Source of the DNA: Candidatus Omnitrophota bacterium
GTDB lineage: Bacteria > Omnitrophota > JACPQZ01
Direction of reading: 5' to 3'
DNA: 64,000 nucleotides
NCBI GenBank assembly: GCA_016190205.1
Contig: JACPQZ010000048.1
Location: 13,943-77,942, forward strand
Shown in pieces: positions 52,285-62,426 of this stretch; within the stretch, counting starts at the first letter, position 1; every line of letters starts with the position of its first letter. The translations under genes were made by a program, and so were the position numbers. The notes under the pieces were generated by a model. It was not told the origin of the DNA, did not search any database, and worked only from the letters and a program-made list of their open reading frames with translations.

Positions 52285-53011
52285 ACCCGAGACCCGAGAC
52301 CAGAGACCCGAGACTGAAGGAGACGGGCTAGAGAGGCAGTCTCAAGCGGCGCTGATCGAGGTGCAGGGACTCACGAGGGAGTTTAAGAGCGGGGCGGGCG
52401 TCGTACGGGTTCTGCGGGGCGTGGATCTCACCGTCCGGCGTGGGGAGGCGGTGGTCATTACCGGGCCTTCGGGTTCTGGAAAGAGCACGCTCCTTCACTG
52501 CATAGGGGCGCTCCTAAAACCCACCTCGGGAAGGGTGCTGGTAGGGGGTCAGGATCCCTGGACCTGGTCGGATCGTGAGCGATCCGAGTTAAGGGCGCGG
52601 CGCGTCGGATTTATTTTCCAGGCCCATGAGCTGCTTCCCGATCTTACGGTGCTTGAAAATTGCATGCTTGCCGGACGCATAGCGGGAATGCGCTCGGTCA
52701 AGAAGGCGGCCAAGGACCTCCTGGACGGCCTCGGGCTCGGAGATTGTCTCTACAAATATCCGAGTCAGATATCTGGGGGCGAGTCGCAGCGGGTGGCTAT
52801 TGCGCGGGCCCTAGTCAAGGGACCCGAGCTTTTGCTGTGTGATGAGCCGACGGGCAACCTGGATCCGGAAAACGCGCAGCAGGTCTTGAATCTCATGTCC
52901 GGTCTTAAGCGCGAGGCGGGTCACGGTCTCATTGTCGTCACACACAACCCCGAGCTCGTGCGCATTGCCGACCGGGTGTACAGATTAGAGAACGGGGTTT
53001 TAAGCAATTGA
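52277..53011 (+). CDS. lolD: Lipoprotein-releasing system ATP-binding protein
   Basis: Motifs GPSGSGKST and ISGGESQRVAIARAL. The N-terminal roughly 15 aa are encoded by a GACCCGA heptamer repeat. The ATG overlaps the lolE stop. Confidence 0.85.
   Translation: MNRPETRDQRPETEGDGLERQSQAALIEVQGLTREFKSGAGVVRVLRGVDLTVRRGEAVVITGPSGSGKSTLLHCIGALLKPTSGRVLVGGQDPWTWSDRERSELRARRVGFIFQAHELLPDLTVLENCMLAGRIAGMRSVKKAAKDLLDGLGLGDCLYKYPSQISGGESQRVAIARALVKGPELLLCDEPTGNLDPENAQQVLNLMSGLKREAGHGLIVVTHNPELVRIADRVYRLENGVLSN
52287..52315 (+). repeat. Heptamer tandem repeat (GACCCGA)x4 inside the lolD 5' coding end
   Basis: gacccgagacccgagaccagagacccgag. Confidence 0.8.
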
Positions 53012-53012
53012 A

Positions 53013-53257
53013 GATACCAGAAACCAGTAACCAGTTACCAGATAGATACCAGAAACCAGATGCCAGAGAGAAAGGATAAAATTCGAAATACGAAATTCGA
53101 AGCACGAACAAATTCAAAATCCGAAATCCGAAATGTTGAACCCCCGTTTTTGAATTTCTAATTTCGAATTTCGATATTGTTCGGATTTTGGTATTTGAAT
53201 TTCGGATTTTTCTGGTATCTGGTATCTTCTGGTTTCTGGCAACTGGTATCTGGTCAC
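53013..53257 (+). repeat. About 245-bp nested inverted-repeat element: an ACCAGA-heptamer outer arm, an AAATTCG/AAATCCG-heptamer inner arm, a loop, and the reverse complements of both arms.
   Basis: The outer arm 53017-53068 is nearly identical to 16970-17020. The right side, ctggtatctggtatcttctggtttctggcaactggtatctggtcac, is its reverse complement. Confidence 0.8.
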
Positions 53258-53270
53258 TAAAGGAATAATT

Positions 53271-54140
53271 ATGAAAGTTTACATCGACGGCAAATGGGTT
53301 CCCGAGAAAGACGCCCGCGTTTCTGTCTTTGACCATGGGCTCCTGTACGGGGACGGTGTCTTCGAGGGCATCCGGTCCTATAACAGCCACGTCTTTAAGC
53401 TCAATGAGCACATCGACCGCCTGTATGAGTCGGCCAACTCAATCATGCTCAAGATCCCGTTGTCCAAGCCTGCCATGAGGAGGGCCGTGATCCAGACGCT
53501 TAAAATCAACCATCTTGAAAATGCGTACATCCGGCTCGTGGTCACGCGGGGGAAGGGCGATCTGGGTCTCGACCCGCGCAAGTGCCGGCGCGCCACGACC
53601 ATTATCATCACGGATCGGATCAAGCTTTACCCCAAGGCGCTCTATGAAAACGGATTATCCCTTATCACGGTGCCGACCCAGCGCAATATCCCGGAGGCCT
53701 TGAACCCCCAGATCAAGTCCCTGAATTACTTGAACAATATCCTGGCCAAGATCGAGGCCAATCTGGCGGGTGCGGTAGAGGCAATCATGCTCACGGCGCA
53801 GGGATATGTCGCGGAGTGCACGGGAGAGAATATTTTTATCATCAAGAAGGGAGAGCTCTACACTCCCCCTTGCTGGCTCGGGGCCTTGAGGGGGATCACG
53901 CGGGAGGCCATCATCCTGATTGCGCGGCGCTTGCGCATTCCCTGCGCGGAGCAGGTGCTCACGCGGCACGACCTGTTTAATGCCCATGAAATGTTTTTGA
54001 CCGGCACGGCGGCAGAGGTGGTGCCTGTCGTTCAGGTGGACGGGCGCAGCATCGGGACGGGCCGGCCGGGGCCGGTCACCGGGCTTTTGCGCCGCGAATT
54101 CCGGAGAATGACGCAGACGGAGGGTGTACCCATCAAGTGA
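53271..54140 (+). CDS. ilvE: Branched-chain amino acid aminotransferase (fold-type IV)
   Basis: Class IV aminotransferase motifs (GDGVFEGIR, ENIF). Confidence 0.85.
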   Translation: MKVYIDGKWVPEKDARVSVFDHGLLYGDGVFEGIRSYNSHVFKLNEHIDRLYESANSIMLKIPLSKPAMRRAVIQTLKINHLENAYIRLVVTRGKGDLGLDPRKCRRATTIIITDRIKLYPKALYENGLSLITVPTQRNIPEALNPQIKSLNYLNNILAKIEANLAGAVEAIMLTAQGYVAECTGENIFIIKKGELYTPPCWLGALRGITREAIILIARRLRIPCAEQVLTRHDLFNAHEMFLTGTAAEVVPVVQVDGRSIGTGRPGPVTGLLRREFRRMTQTEGVPIK

Positions 54141-54152
54141 GAGCGAGCGCGC

Positions 54153-54223
54153 GTCGTGCATCGTGCAGCGTTCATCGTGCATCGTATTTTTCCCGCGCAC
54201 GAAGCACGAAGCACGAAGCACGA
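54153..54223 (+). repeat. Heptamer-array hairpin (CGTGCAT-type arm / GCACGAA-type arm)
   Basis: cgtgcatcgtgcagcgttcatcgtgcatcg ... cacgaagcacgaagcacgaagcacga. Confidence 0.75.
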
Positions 54224-54245
54224 AGCACGAGAGGATGCTTTATCA

Positions 54246-54770
54246 ATGGTATGTGAAAATTGCGGCAAAAAGCAGGCAACGGTCCACCTGACCGAGATCA
54301 TCAACGGCAAGATGTCGGAGCTCCATCTCTGCGACACCTGTGCGCAGGAAAAGGGGGCATCCATGAAGCAGCACTTTTCCCTGGCCGATCTTTTGGCCGG
54401 GCTTACGGATGTGGGGATGGCCGGCGCGACATCCCAGGAGACCCCCGTCTGTCCGAACTGCGGCCTGTCTTACGCTGATTTCAAGAAGGTCGGCCGACTG
54501 GGATGCAGCGAGTGCTATGAAGCATTCAGGGAAAGCCTCGCCCCGCTTCTAAAGCGCATTCACGGTTCGACGCGCCATGTCGGGCGCATGCCGGAGCGTT
54601 CCGGAAAGACGACGGAGAAAGGGAACCAGTTCCAGGACCTGGCCAAGAGGCTCGAACACGCCATTGCGACGGAAGAATACGAGGAGGCCGCGCGCCTCCG
54701 GGATGAGATGCGCAAAATGGAAACAGCGGAGCGCCGGGTGAAAGACCGGCCCAAGAAAGAGGAAGCATGA
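54246..54770 (+). CDS. mcsA: McsA (zinc-finger / UVR-motif activator of McsB)
   Basis: Two CxxC pairs (CENCGKK...CDTC; CPNCG...CSEC) plus the UVR motif EEYEEAARLRDEMRKME. Confidence 0.75.
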   Translation: MVCENCGKKQATVHLTEIINGKMSELHLCDTCAQEKGASMKQHFSLADLLAGLTDVGMAGATSQETPVCPNCGLSYADFKKVGRLGCSECYEAFRESLAPLLKRIHGSTRHVGRMPERSGKTTEKGNQFQDLAKRLEHAIATEEYEEAARLRDEMRKMETAERRVKDRPKKEEA

Positions 54771-55828
54771 AACTGGATGATTTGGTGCATGAAGTCAGCG
54801 AATGGTTGAAGGGGAGCGGGCCCGATCCGGACATCGTCATTTCCTCCCGCGTGCGTCTCGCCCGCAACATCCAGTCGAGCCCCTTTGTCCACTGGGCGAA
54901 TCGCCGGAAGGGGAAGTCCATTCTTTCAAAGCTCGAGGAGGCCGTAGGCGCGATCCCGCACATGAAAAGCGCGCTCTTTTTGCGTATCGACGAATTGACG
55001 GAGACCGACAAGCAGTTTCTCCTGGAGCGGCACCTCATCAGCCACGAACATGCGCAGGGCGGCGGCTTCAGGGGCGTGGCGATCAGCGATCGGGAGGTCA
55101 TCAGCATTATGCTGAACGAAGAGGATCACCTGCGCATCCAGGTGCTTCAGTCCGGCTTTAATTTGTCCGAGGCCTGGCGGCTGGCTTCTTCTGTGGACCG
55201 GGAACTCGAGCAGCGTCTGGAGTTAGCGTATAGCCCGTCCTGGGGATATCTCACGGCCTGCCCGACCAATACGGGCACTGGATTGCGCGCCTCGGTCATG
55301 GTGCATCTACCCTGCCTTATGATGACCAAGCAGATCGGAAAGGTCCTGCAGGCCCTCAACAAACTGTCCCTCGCGGCGCGGGGACTCTTCGGAGAAGGGA
55401 CCGAGGCGGCCGGAAACTTTTTCCAGTTTTCGAATCAGGTCACCCTGGGGCAGTCTGAAGAAGATATCATCGACAATCTGGAGCGCGTGATCCGGCAGAT
55501 CATCGATCATGAGAAGGAGGCGCGCAAGGTGCTCCTCGGGCAAAACAAGGAAAAGCTCTTCGATCAGATCTGGCGCTCCTACGGGACGTTACGGAATTCC
55601 TACATTATTAATTCCCAGGAGACCATCAACCTGATGTCTCTGGTGCGTCTCGGGGTGGACATGGGCATCGTGTCCAACATCGACCGCAAGGTGGTCAATG
55701 AACTTTTTATCCTAACGCAGCCGGCCCATCTCCAGAAACTGGAGGGGAAGGATCTCACCCCGCAGGAGCGGGATGTCAAGCGGGCAGAACTCATACGGGG
55801 AAAGTTGAATCATGAAGGGAGAAAATAA
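54767..55828 (+). CDS. mcsB: Protein-arginine kinase McsB
   Basis: Guanidino-kinase motif CPTNTGTGLRAS. Confidence 0.85.
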   Translation: MKLDDLVHEVSEWLKGSGPDPDIVISSRVRLARNIQSSPFVHWANRRKGKSILSKLEEAVGAIPHMKSALFLRIDELTETDKQFLLERHLISHEHAQGGGFRGVAISDREVISIMLNEEDHLRIQVLQSGFNLSEAWRLASSVDRELEQRLELAYSPSWGYLTACPTNTGTGLRASVMVHLPCLMMTKQIGKVLQALNKLSLAARGLFGEGTEAAGNFFQFSNQVTLGQSEEDIIDNLERVIRQIIDHEKEARKVLLGQNKEKLFDQIWRSYGTLRNSYIINSQETINLMSLVRLGVDMGIVSNIDRKVVNELFILTQPAHLQKLEGKDLTPQERDVKRAELIRGKLNHEGRK

Positions 55829-58296
55829 TGTTTGACCGTTTTACGGAGCGGGCGCGTAAAGTCGTCATTCTGGCGAAGGAAGAGGCGCGCAGGTTTAACC
55901 ACGATTATATGGGCACCGAGCATATTCTTTTGGGTCTCATCAAGGAGGGGGAGGGCGTGGCGGCCGCCGTGCTCCAAAATCTGGGTTTGAGCTTGGACAC
56001 GATCCGCCTTGAGGTGGAGAAGCTGGTTCAGCCGGGGCCCGCCACGATGGTGAGCGGGGATGTCCCCTTTACCCCGAAGGCGAAGAAGGCCATAGAACTC
56101 GCGATGGATGAGGCGCGCAAGCTGGGGCACAACTACATCGGGACGGAACACCTGCTCCTGGGTCTCATCCGGGAAGGGGAGGGCGTGGCGAGCCACGTGC
56201 TTTTGAACCAGGGCCTCGACCTGTCGCGGGTGCGCACGGAGGTCATGAAGCTCTTGGGCTCCGCGAGCCCCCAGATGTCTGCGGGGGAGGGCGGTGTGCC
56301 GGGCGGCTCCCAGAGCCGGGGCGCGGGCGCAGCGCGGGGCACGCGCACCAAGACGCCGGCCCTGGATGCCTTTGGAAGGGATTTGACGCAGCTCGCCCGC
56401 GAGGGGAAGCTGGACCCTGTGGTGAACCGCCAGGATGAGATTGAACGGGTCACGCAGATCCTTTCCCGGCGCACTAAAAATAACCCCGTTCTCCTGGGAG
56501 AAGCCGGGGTCGGGAAGACCGCCATCGTGGAAGGCTTGGCACAGCGCATCGTGGACGGCAATGTGCCGGAGATCCTTCGCGAAAGGCGGGTGATCGTGCT
56601 GGACCTGGCCCTCATGGTTGCGGGTACCAAGTACCGCGGACAATTCGAGGAGAGGATCAAGTCCGCCATGGACGAGATCCGGCGCAGCGAGAACATCATC
56701 ATCTTTATCGACGAGCTCCATACCCTCGTGGGCGCGGGCGGGGCGGAGGGGGCGATAGACGCCTCCAATATCCTCAAGCCTGCGCTCTCGCGCGGGGAGC
56801 TTCAGTGCATCGGGGCCACGACGCTGGATGAATACCGGAAATATATCGAGAAGGACGCTGCCCTCGAGCGGCGCTTCCAGACCATTATGGTCGACCCGCC
56901 GACGGTGGAGGAAACCGTGGAGATCCTGAAGGGCTTAAGGGATCGGTACGAGGCCCACCACCGGGCCAAGTACACGGATGAGGCCCTTGCGGAGGCCGCG
57001 AAGCTTTCGGATCGTTACATCACGGGCCGTTTTCTCCCGGACAAGGCTATAGACGTCATCGATGAGGCGGGTGCCCGGGCGCGGCTTTCGGTCACCACGG
57101 CGCCGCCGGACGTCAAGAAGCTCGAAAAGGAGATCGAGGTGACTCGCAAGGAAAAGGAAGAGGCCATACGCGGGCAGGACTTTGAAAAGGCGGCTAAGAT
57201 GCGCGATATCGAGCGCAGGCAGCGGGAAAAGCTGGAAGAGGTCAAGCGCAGTTGGAGAAAGGACAAGGCCGATGCGGTCGTCGAGATCTCCGCTGACGAT
57301 ATTGCCACCGTGGTGGCCAAGTGGACGGGTGTCCCCATTTCCCGCCTGGGGGAGGAGGAAACGGGGCGGCTTTTAAAGATGGAAGAGGAGATTTACAAGC
57401 GGGTGGTGGGACAGGAAGAGGCTGTAAAAGGCATTGCCGAGGCCATCCGGCGCGCCCGGGCGGGACTCAAGGACCCGAAACGCCCCATCGGTTCTTTTCT
57501 CTTTCTGGGTCCTACGGGCGTTGGGAAGACGCTCCTGGCCAAGACACTGGCCGAATTTCTCTTCGGAAATGAGGAGGCCCTGATTACCATTGACATGTCC
57601 GAGTACATGGAGAAATTCAATGTGTCCCGGCTGGTAGGGGCGCCTCCGGGCTATGTGGGTTATGAAGAGGGCGGCCAGCTCACCGAAAAGGTGCGGCGCA
57701 GGCCTTATTCCGTCGTCCTCCTCGATGAGATTGAGAAGGCCCATCCGGACGTCTTCAATGTCCTTCTGCAGGTCATGGAAGACGGGCGGCTGACAGACAG
57801 CTTCGGGCGCAGGGTCGATTTCAGGAACACGATTCTCATCATGACCTCTAACATCGGCGCGGAGTTTGTGCGCAAACAGGCGAGCATGGGTTTTCAGCCG
57901 CAAGCGGAGGACGTGACGTACGACAAACTCAAACAGATGCTCATGGATGAGTCCAAGAAGATCTTCCGGCCCGAGTTTTTGAACCGCGTGGATGAAACCA
58001 TTGTCTTCCGGCCGCTCCATAAAGACGATTTGAAAAAGATAGTTGATATCGAGGTCTGGGGGGTAAAGGAGCGCCTCAAGCAGCGCGACATCAACATTGA
58101 TCTTGAGAAGAGCGCCAAGGATTTTCTCATCGAGAAGGGTTATGACCCCGTCTTCGGCGCCCGTCCCTTGCGCAGGACCATACAGAGGTATCTTGAGAAC
58201 CCGCTGGCAGAGGAACTCTTGAAGGGCAGATTCAAGGGTAAAAACAAAATAAAAGTCACCGCGGCAAAAGAGGAGCTGGTTTTTGAGGAGGCTTAG
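55828..58296 (+). CDS. clpC: ATP-dependent Clp protease ATP-binding subunit ClpC
   Basis: Double Clp_N repeats, two AAA+ modules ([16 protein letters not shown]) and a UVR motif. Confidence 0.95.
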   Translation: MFDRFTERARKVVILAKEEARRFNHDYMGTEHILLGLIKEGEGVAAAVLQNLGLSLDTIRLEVEKLVQPGPATMVSGDVPFTPKAKKAIELAMDEARKLGHNYIGTEHLLLGLIREGEGVASHVLLNQGLDLSRVRTEVMKLLGSASPQMSAGEGGVPGGSQSRGAGAARGTRTKTPALDAFGRDLTQLAREGKLDPVVNRQDEIERVTQILSRRTKNNPVLLGEAGVGKTAIVEGLAQRIVDGNVPEILRERRVIVLDLALMVAGTKYRGQFEERIKSAMDEIRRSENIIIFIDELHTLVGAGGAEGAIDASNILKPALSRGELQCIGATTLDEYRKYIEKDAALERRFQTIMVDPPTVEETVEILKGLRDRYEAHHRAKYTDEALAEAAKLSDRYITGRFLPDKAIDVIDEAGARARLSVTTAPPDVKKLEKEIEVTRKEKEEAIRGQDFEKAAKMRDIERRQREKLEEVKRSWRKDKADAVVEISADDIATVVAKWTGVPISRLGEEETGRLLKMEEEIYKRVVGQEEAVKGIAEAIRRARAGLKDPKRPIGSFLFLGPTGVGKTLLAKTLAEFLFGNEEALITIDMSEYMEKFNVSRLVGAPPGYVGYEEGGQLTEKVRRRPYSVVLLDEIEKAHPDVFNVLLQVMEDGRLTDSFGRRVDFRNTILIMTSNIGAEFVRKQASMGFQPQAEDVTYDKLKQMLMDESKKIFRPEFLNRVDETIVFRPLHKDDLKKIVDIEVWGVKERLKQRDINIDLEKSAKDFLIEKGYDPVFGARPLRRTIQRYLENPLAEELLKGRFKGKNKIKVTAAKEELVFEEA

Positions 58297-59932
58297 ACGC
58301 GCCCTTTTGGTTGTGGTTTTCGTGGTCTCCGCCACGACGGCCCTGGCCTACTGGATGGTTCGCGGCATCCCCCTGACGGGACGGCTTGAAGGGTGGGTGA
58401 AGACGCGGCTTTCCCGCGCGCTCGGGGTTGAAGTAAGTTTCGACCAGGTCCTATACCATCCGCCCGGCGTCCTCACCCTGGCGAACCTTTCCGTAACCCA
58501 CGCGGGGGAACCCGGGCTCGCTTTCAGTGCGGAGGCTGCGCGCTTGAGCGCGCAGCCGTTGGACATGCAGAAGGGCATTCAGTTTGACCTGCGGGGCGTC
58601 ACGGTAGGAATGGGTGAGGTCACAAGCCCCCGCGTCCCCCGGGCGAGGGCGCGCATCGTCCCGCAGGGCGGCGGGGTGAGCTGGCAGAATGCCGAGGCGT
58701 TTTTTCCGATGTTCGGACAGCCGGCGAGGTTTGCTTCACCATCGGGTTTTGTAAAACTGGCCGCTGAAGCCCAGGGGGCCTGGCTGTTTGAGTATCAAAC
58801 GGAGTGCGAACTTCAAGTTCGCTCGCTGGCCCTCTGGACGAAGGTCATGGGCAATGAGCGTGCGGCGGAGCTCGTGGGGCGTCTGGGCAGCGGGCCGGGA
58901 GATGCCCGGGAACTTGCCGCCACCCTGGAGTTCGGTGACGGCAAGGCGTGGATTGATCCGTTGCGGCTTGGGGATTGGCAGGGGCTCGAGTGCGAGCTCG
59001 ATTTTCGCAGCTCCACCCTTACGTTTTCTAAGGCGGATGGGGGGTTGCGTGTCTCCACGCGGTTTCATCTCGCGGAGGACAAACTCGACGGTGAAATCCA
59101 CTTGAATCACTGGATGCTGGCCCGCCTGGATATCGTCAGCAGGAGCGAGTTTTCGCTGGACTGGAGCCCGGCCACCAACCCTCACCACTCAATCCGGGGC
59201 GAGATGCGAAGCCCCTCCCTCGTCGTCAACCTCAAACCCGTGGACCCCTTAAGTTGTGATTTCGTGTGGGGCCCCGAGGGCCTTGTGATCAGCCGCGCGT
59301 CTTGGGGGGATGAGTTCGGGGCGCAGGGCAGGGTGGATGTCGAAAAACAAGAATTGGACTTCTCCATTGCCCTGCTGGATGCAGACCTCGACCACCTCAC
59401 GTTCGGACTGGAGGAGTTTGAGGGCGAACGCCAGGGCCGGGCCACCGGCACAGTCACTGTCAAGGGGCCCGCGCGCCTGCCGGAGGTTGAAGGAGACATT
59501 GTAGTCAAGGACGGTAAAAGGACCGATCTGGGGCCGTTCGATTCCATCAATCTCCATATGCGAGGCCGGGGAGCCCGATGGGATCTCTATGATTCCACCA
59601 TTTACAAGGAAACGGGCTCATTTCTCCTGACGGGTTGGATGGGGTTTGATTCCAGCGGCCTCGTCAAACACCTGGACGTCCACGGCCATGAAGGGGTCAT
59701 GGTTTTGAGCGGCTGGGATGTTACGGGTGACGACCGCATGGTCGAGGCGGGGAAGGAGATCGGCGATCGGTTCAAGGTCGGTCTTAAGGCGTATCTGGAT
59801 GAGGATTCCATGGCACGCGACGAACGCGACGAATTCGCGGTGGAGTACGGGCTTTCGGACCGTTCCAGCGTCGAGATGCGCCTGAGGGGTGAGGACCAGG
59901 TGCTGGGCGTCAAGCAAAAGAAGAGGTTTTAG
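58283..59932 (+). CDS. Membrane-anchored hypothetical protein (possibly AsmA/TamB-like)
   Basis: N-terminal TM helix. 549 aa. No strong motif. Confidence 0.45.
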   Translation: MRRLRRALLVVVFVVSATTALAYWMVRGIPLTGRLEGWVKTRLSRALGVEVSFDQVLYHPPGVLTLANLSVTHAGEPGLAFSAEAARLSAQPLDMQKGIQFDLRGVTVGMGEVTSPRVPRARARIVPQGGGVSWQNAEAFFPMFGQPARFASPSGFVKLAAEAQGAWLFEYQTECELQVRSLALWTKVMGNERAAELVGRLGSGPGDARELAATLEFGDGKAWIDPLRLGDWQGLECELDFRSSTLTFSKADGGLRVSTRFHLAEDKLDGEIHLNHWMLARLDIVSRSEFSLDWSPATNPHHSIRGEMRSPSLVVNLKPVDPLSCDFVWGPEGLVISRASWGDEFGAQGRVDVEKQELDFSIALLDADLDHLTFGLEEFEGERQGRATGTVTVKGPARLPEVEGDIVVKDGKRTDLGPFDSINLHMRGRGARWDLYDSTIYKETGSFLLTGWMGFDSSGLVKHLDVHGHEGVMVLSGWDVTGDDRMVEAGKEIGDRFKVGLKAYLDEDSMARDERDEFAVEYGLSDRSSVEMRLRGEDQVLGVKQKKRF

Positions 59933-59943
59933 CGCGCGGGCAT

Positions 59944-60735
59944 ATGCATACGTCGCTGGTTGAGCGCTTCGGCGGTTTTGGCACGCGGTTCATGTCCCTC
60001 CTTCGTTATGTGGGCGGGGCCGTGCTCCTCTTTGTTGAGACAGTGCTGTGGTGCTTTGTTCCGCCTTTCCGGTGGCGGCACGTGCTCCATCAGATGATGC
60101 AGATCGGGGTGGCGAGTCTTCCCATCGTGTTTCTGACCTCTATCTTCACCGGTATCGTGCTTGCCCTCCAGAGCGCGTACCAGCTTCAGCAGATCTCGGC
60201 CCGGCTTTATATAGCGAATTTAGTGGCGCTTTCCATGACCCGGGAGCTCGGGCCGGTACTGACGGCCCTCGTGGTCGCGGGCCGCTGCGGGGCCTCCATT
60301 ACGGCTGAAATCGGCACGATGAAGGTGACTGAGCAGATCGATGCCCTTCAGACCCTGGCCACCAATCCGGTGCGGTACCTCGTGGTCCCGCGCTTTCTGG
60401 CCACCTTGATCATGCTGCCCCTCCTCACGGTCTATGCAGACGTGATCGGGATGTTTGGGGGCTACATGGTGGGTGTTTGGAAGCTTGGCATCGGGCACGG
60501 TGTATATATCAATATGACGGAGTCGAGCCTCATGCTCAAGGATGTCACCACAGGCCTTATTAAGTCCGTCGCCTTTTCCGTCATTATTTCCATCATCGGG
60601 TGCTATCAGGGATTCGTCACGGGGGGCGGGGCGGAGGGGGTCGGACGCGCCACCACGGTGAGCGTCGTGACGAGCTTCATCCTCATTATATCGGCTGACT
60701 GTTTGTTTACGGCGCTCTTTTATTTTGCGTTTTAA
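59944..60735 (+). CDS. mlaE: Phospholipid ABC transporter permease
   Basis: MlaE/Ttg2B-like polytopic permease. Confidence 0.85.
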   Translation: MHTSLVERFGGFGTRFMSLLRYVGGAVLLFVETVLWCFVPPFRWRHVLHQMMQIGVASLPIVFLTSIFTGIVLALQSAYQLQQISARLYIANLVALSMTRELGPVLTALVVAGRCGASITAEIGTMKVTEQIDALQTLATNPVRYLVVPRFLATLIMLPLLTVYADVIGMFGGYMVGVWKLGIGHGVYINMTESSLMLKDVTTGLIKSVAFSVIISIIGCYQGFVTGGGAEGVGRATTVSVVTSFILIISADCLFTALFYFAF

Positions 60736-60744
60736 TGAATTTGT

Positions 60745-60815
60745 TCGTCCGTTGTACGTCGTCCCGCGTAAGGGTGGCGACGGACGCAGGACGCAGGACG
60801 CGGGACGCAGGATGC
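60745..60815 (+). repeat. Heptamer array (GACGCAG)x4-5 with a partially complementary upstream arm
   Basis: cgtccgttgtacgtcgtcccgcg ... ggacgcaggacgcaggacgcgggacgcaggatgcg. Confidence 0.75.
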
Positions 60816-60819
60816 GAAC

Positions 60820-61629
60820 ATGATCGAAATTATTAACCTAACGAAATCCTTCAGCGGCCGCAAGGTGCTGGACAACCTGAACCTGACCATCCGGACCGGC
60901 GAGACGATGGTCATCATCGGAGGCTCCGGCTGTGGAAAGAGCGTGCTTTTAAAGCATATGATGGGAATCCTCAAACCTGAATCGGGCCAGGTCATGATTG
61001 ACAATCAGGATATCGCGCGCCTTCAGGGAGAGCGCCTGGATGAAATCCGGGTGAAGTTCGGGATGTTGTTTCAGGGCGCCGCGCTCTTTGATTCTCTGAC
61101 CGTGTTCGAAAACGTGGCCTTTACGGCCTTGGAGCACGGGATGCATGATGAAGCGAAGGTCCATGCGAAGGTGCGCGAAAAACTGGCCCTGGTGGGTTTG
61201 CGGGGCATCGAGCGCATGAAGCCCGCGGAGCTCTCCGGGGGCATGAGAAAGCGCGTGGGGCTTGCCCGGGCGCTCTTTACGGATCCCGAGACCGTGCTGT
61301 ACGACGAGCCCACGACGGGTCTGGACCCCATCATGGCGGACGTCATCAACGATCTCATCATCCAGATGCACGAGCGGTTTTCGGTCACCTCGGTGGCCGT
61401 GACCCATGACATGACCAGCGCCTACAAGATTGCAGATCGCATTGCCATGCTGTATGAGGGCAAGATCATCGAGGTGGGGACGCCCGATGAGATTAAGAAG
61501 ACATCCAACCCTGTCGTGGCTCAATTTATCCGGGGCGAGGCAGAGGGTCCCATCACCCGCACTAGCCGGTTAAGAGACATGCAAGATCATCACGAGGAGG
61601 CACCGTATGAAAGAGCAGATCGGGCTTGA
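60820..61629 (+). CDS. mlaF: Phospholipid ABC transporter ATP-binding protein
   Basis: Motifs GGSGCGKS, LSGGMRKRVGLARAL and DEPTTGLD. Confidence 0.85.
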   Translation: MIEIINLTKSFSGRKVLDNLNLTIRTGETMVIIGGSGCGKSVLLKHMMGILKPESGQVMIDNQDIARLQGERLDEIRVKFGMLFQGAALFDSLTVFENVAFTALEHGMHDEAKVHAKVREKLALVGLRGIERMKPAELSGGMRKRVGLARALFTDPETVLYDEPTTGLDPIMADVINDLIIQMHERFSVTSVAVTHDMTSAYKIADRIAMLYEGKIIEVGTPDEIKKTSNPVVAQFIRGEAEGPITRTSRLRDMQDHHEEAPYERADRA

Positions 61630-62377
61630 AATTAAGGTAGGCCTTATGGCCTTGATCGGACTTATCGTTTTGGCGATTCTCGTGTTTTCCATCGGTGACT
61701 ATAACTTTTTCCAAAAGCGAAAGCAGATAAACCTTGTTTTTAATTACGCGGGCGGCGTGGAGGAAAGCGCCCCCGTGCGCCTGGCCGGCGTCAAGATCGG
61801 CGAGGTACACAGCGTAGCCCTGGTTCCCGTTTACGACCAGATGGAACAGAAGACGGGCGTCCAGGTGCGCGTGTGGCTCGACCGGAGCATTGATATCTAC
61901 GAGAATGCCGATGTCTACGTCAACACCCTGGGTCTATTGGGCGAAAAATACATCGAGATCCTAACCCCCGGAACGACTGACCAACCGCTGGTCAAGCATG
62001 GCGGCATCCTGCGGGGTCACGATCCCGTGCCCATTGAGAAAATCACCCAAAGCACGCATGAGATCGTCGGCGACCTCCGGACCCTCTTGGGGGGGCTCAA
62101 TGATGTCGTCGGGGACGAGGAGTTTCGAGAGTCGCTCAAGACCACGGTCTACCATTTTGAGACAACGGCCGACAATTTGAGAGACGCGACTTCCAAGATG
62201 CGCGCGGGGGAGGGGTCTTTGGGCAATTTTGTTTATAACGACTCTCTCTACAATGAGCTCGATGGATTTGCGCGTGAGATCAGAAAGAATCCGTGGAAGC
62301 TTTTGAAGAAACCCAAGACGGATGAGAAGGAAGCCGAGCAAAAAGGCGGAGATTCCAATCGCGGATTTTTAAATTAG
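61607..62377 (+). CDS. mlaD: MCE-domain protein
   Basis: N-terminal TM helix plus an MCE domain. Follows mlaEF. Confidence 0.8.
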   Translation: MKEQIGLEIKVGLMALIGLIVLAILVFSIGDYNFFQKRKQINLVFNYAGGVEESAPVRLAGVKIGEVHSVALVPVYDQMEQKTGVQVRVWLDRSIDIYENADVYVNTLGLLGEKYIEILTPGTTDQPLVKHGGILRGHDPVPIEKITQSTHEIVGDLRTLLGGLNDVVGDEEFRESLKTTVYHFETTADNLRDATSKMRAGEGSLGNFVYNDSLYNELDGFAREIRKNPWKLLKKPKTDEKEAEQKGGDSNRGFLN

Positions 62378-62426
62378 TGGATGGTCGGTATATGTTGCTT
62401 TATAAGTCTAAAAAGAGAGGTGTGAA

